Origin: Elainellaceae cyanobacterium
GTDB lineage: Bacteria; Cyanobacteriota; Cyanobacteriia; CAZCXK01
Assembly (NCBI GenBank): GCA_051117555.1
Contig: JBNPEG010000006.1
Location: 37,730 to 101,729, forward strand
Direction: 5' to 3'
DNA: 64,000 bases
The notes below the pieces were generated by a model. The model saw only the letters and a list, made by a program, of their open reading frames with translations, had not been told where the DNA came from and did not search any database. Position numbers and translations under genes: made by a program. This document shows, piece by piece, positions 63,281 to 64,000 of this stretch (position 1 is its first letter; every line of letters begins with the position of its first letter).

Positions 63281-63769
63281 ATGCAGACTCAAGCGCAAGC
63301 TCCGAAAATGGACATTGGTATCATCGAAGATGATCGAAAAGCGATTGCTGATGGCTTATCTCATCTTCTCGCAGATACGTATACGCTGTATCTCAAGACT
63401 CACAATTTCCACTGGAACGTAAAGGGGCCGATGTTCCAGACTCTGCACACGATGTTTGAGGAGCAGTACACCGAACTGGCGATCGCGGTTGATGACATTG
63501 CTGAACGGATTCGTTCATTGGGCTTTCCGGCTCCTGCAACGTATTCTGAATATGCTCAGCTCACCTCAATCTCTGAAACAACAGGGGTTCCAGATGCAGA
63601 AGACATGATTCGCCTGCTCGTCGAAGGCAATGAATCGGTGGTTCGCACTGCACGAGCTGCATTTCCGGCGGCTGAAAAGGCGGGTGATGAGTCAAGTGCT
63701 GACTTATTAACCGAGCGGATGCGTCTGCACGAAAAAACTGCTTGGATGCTGAGAAGCTTACTTCAATAG
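63281..63769 (+). CDS. dps: Dps family DNA-binding ferritin-like protein
   Basis: [23 protein letters not shown] and HEKTAWML motifs; AGGAGG RBS. Confidence 0.96.
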   Translation: MQTQAQAPKMDIGIIEDDRKAIADGLSHLLADTYTLYLKTHNFHWNVKGPMFQTLHTMFEEQYTELAIAVDDIAERIRSLGFPAPATYSEYAQLTSISETTGVPDAEDMIRLLVEGNESVVRTARAAFPAAEKAGDESSADLLTERMRLHEKTAWMLRSLLQ

Positions 63770-63902
63770 GCATTTCGTCTAGTTCCGGTAGGGATTAATT
63801 TGCGCAATTCTAACTAGACGAATTATTAAGGAAACGAATCGCTAAGAAGGTCGAGAAGAAATCTCACCTCCTTAGCGATTTTGTTATGGGTATTGTGATA
63901 CG

Positions 63903-63987
63903 TACAGCACGTTGTCGCCGTACGCTCTCGGGTTAGGACGTTGAACGCACCCACCCTCCGTGCTCAACCTAAGCGCATCCCGCTATA
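63903..63987. mobile_element. Degenerate TATAGC MITE, subfamily C-like
   Basis: The reverse complement of the right end, TATAGCGGGATGCGCTTAGGTTGAG, resembles TGTAGCGGTATGCGATTGAGGTTAAG at 59812. The left end is TACAGC. Confidence 0.5.
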
Positions 63988-64000
63988 ATTTGAAGATTTA

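Noticed and set aside
488..63486. GCGATCGC over-representation as a novelty
   Set aside because: This is the established HIP1 sequence.
1..64000. CRISPR array, prophage, integrase or transposase
   Set aside because: I saw no regularly spaced repeat-spacer array and no ORF with such motifs; the repeats are dispersed.

Overview
This is a cyanobacterial chromosomal segment, as shown by psb28, ndhF1/ndhD1, plmA, cyanobacterial hfq, mgdA and abundant HIP1 GCGATCGC octamers. It is mostly core genome: the str operon (rpsL-rpsG-fusA-tufA-rpsJ), gyrA, lnt, leuA, tRNA-Asp, dapF, cbiB, plsY, mlaE, a pair of M16 peptidases, a SpoIID-like gene, sulfiredoxin and Dps. I found no transposase, integrase, prophage or CRISPR array. 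The unusual signal is intergenic. (i) About nine copies or fragments of ~85-135 bp non-autonomous elements with TATAG...CTATA-type ends and central GC hairpins fall into three subfamilies, some nested with REP-like and ~21-nt mini-repeats. (ii) A perfect 24-bp-arm palindrome lies upstream of gyrA. (iii) An exact copy of the Yfr1 sRNA core motif ACTCCTCACAC sits between two hairpins upstream of a C-terminal protease gene. (iv) A candidate structured RNA lies upstream of the S1 paralogue. (v) A promoter with a candidate PerR/FurC operator precedes sulfiredoxin. All calls come from reading the sequence and recalled family knowledge; no database searches were run.
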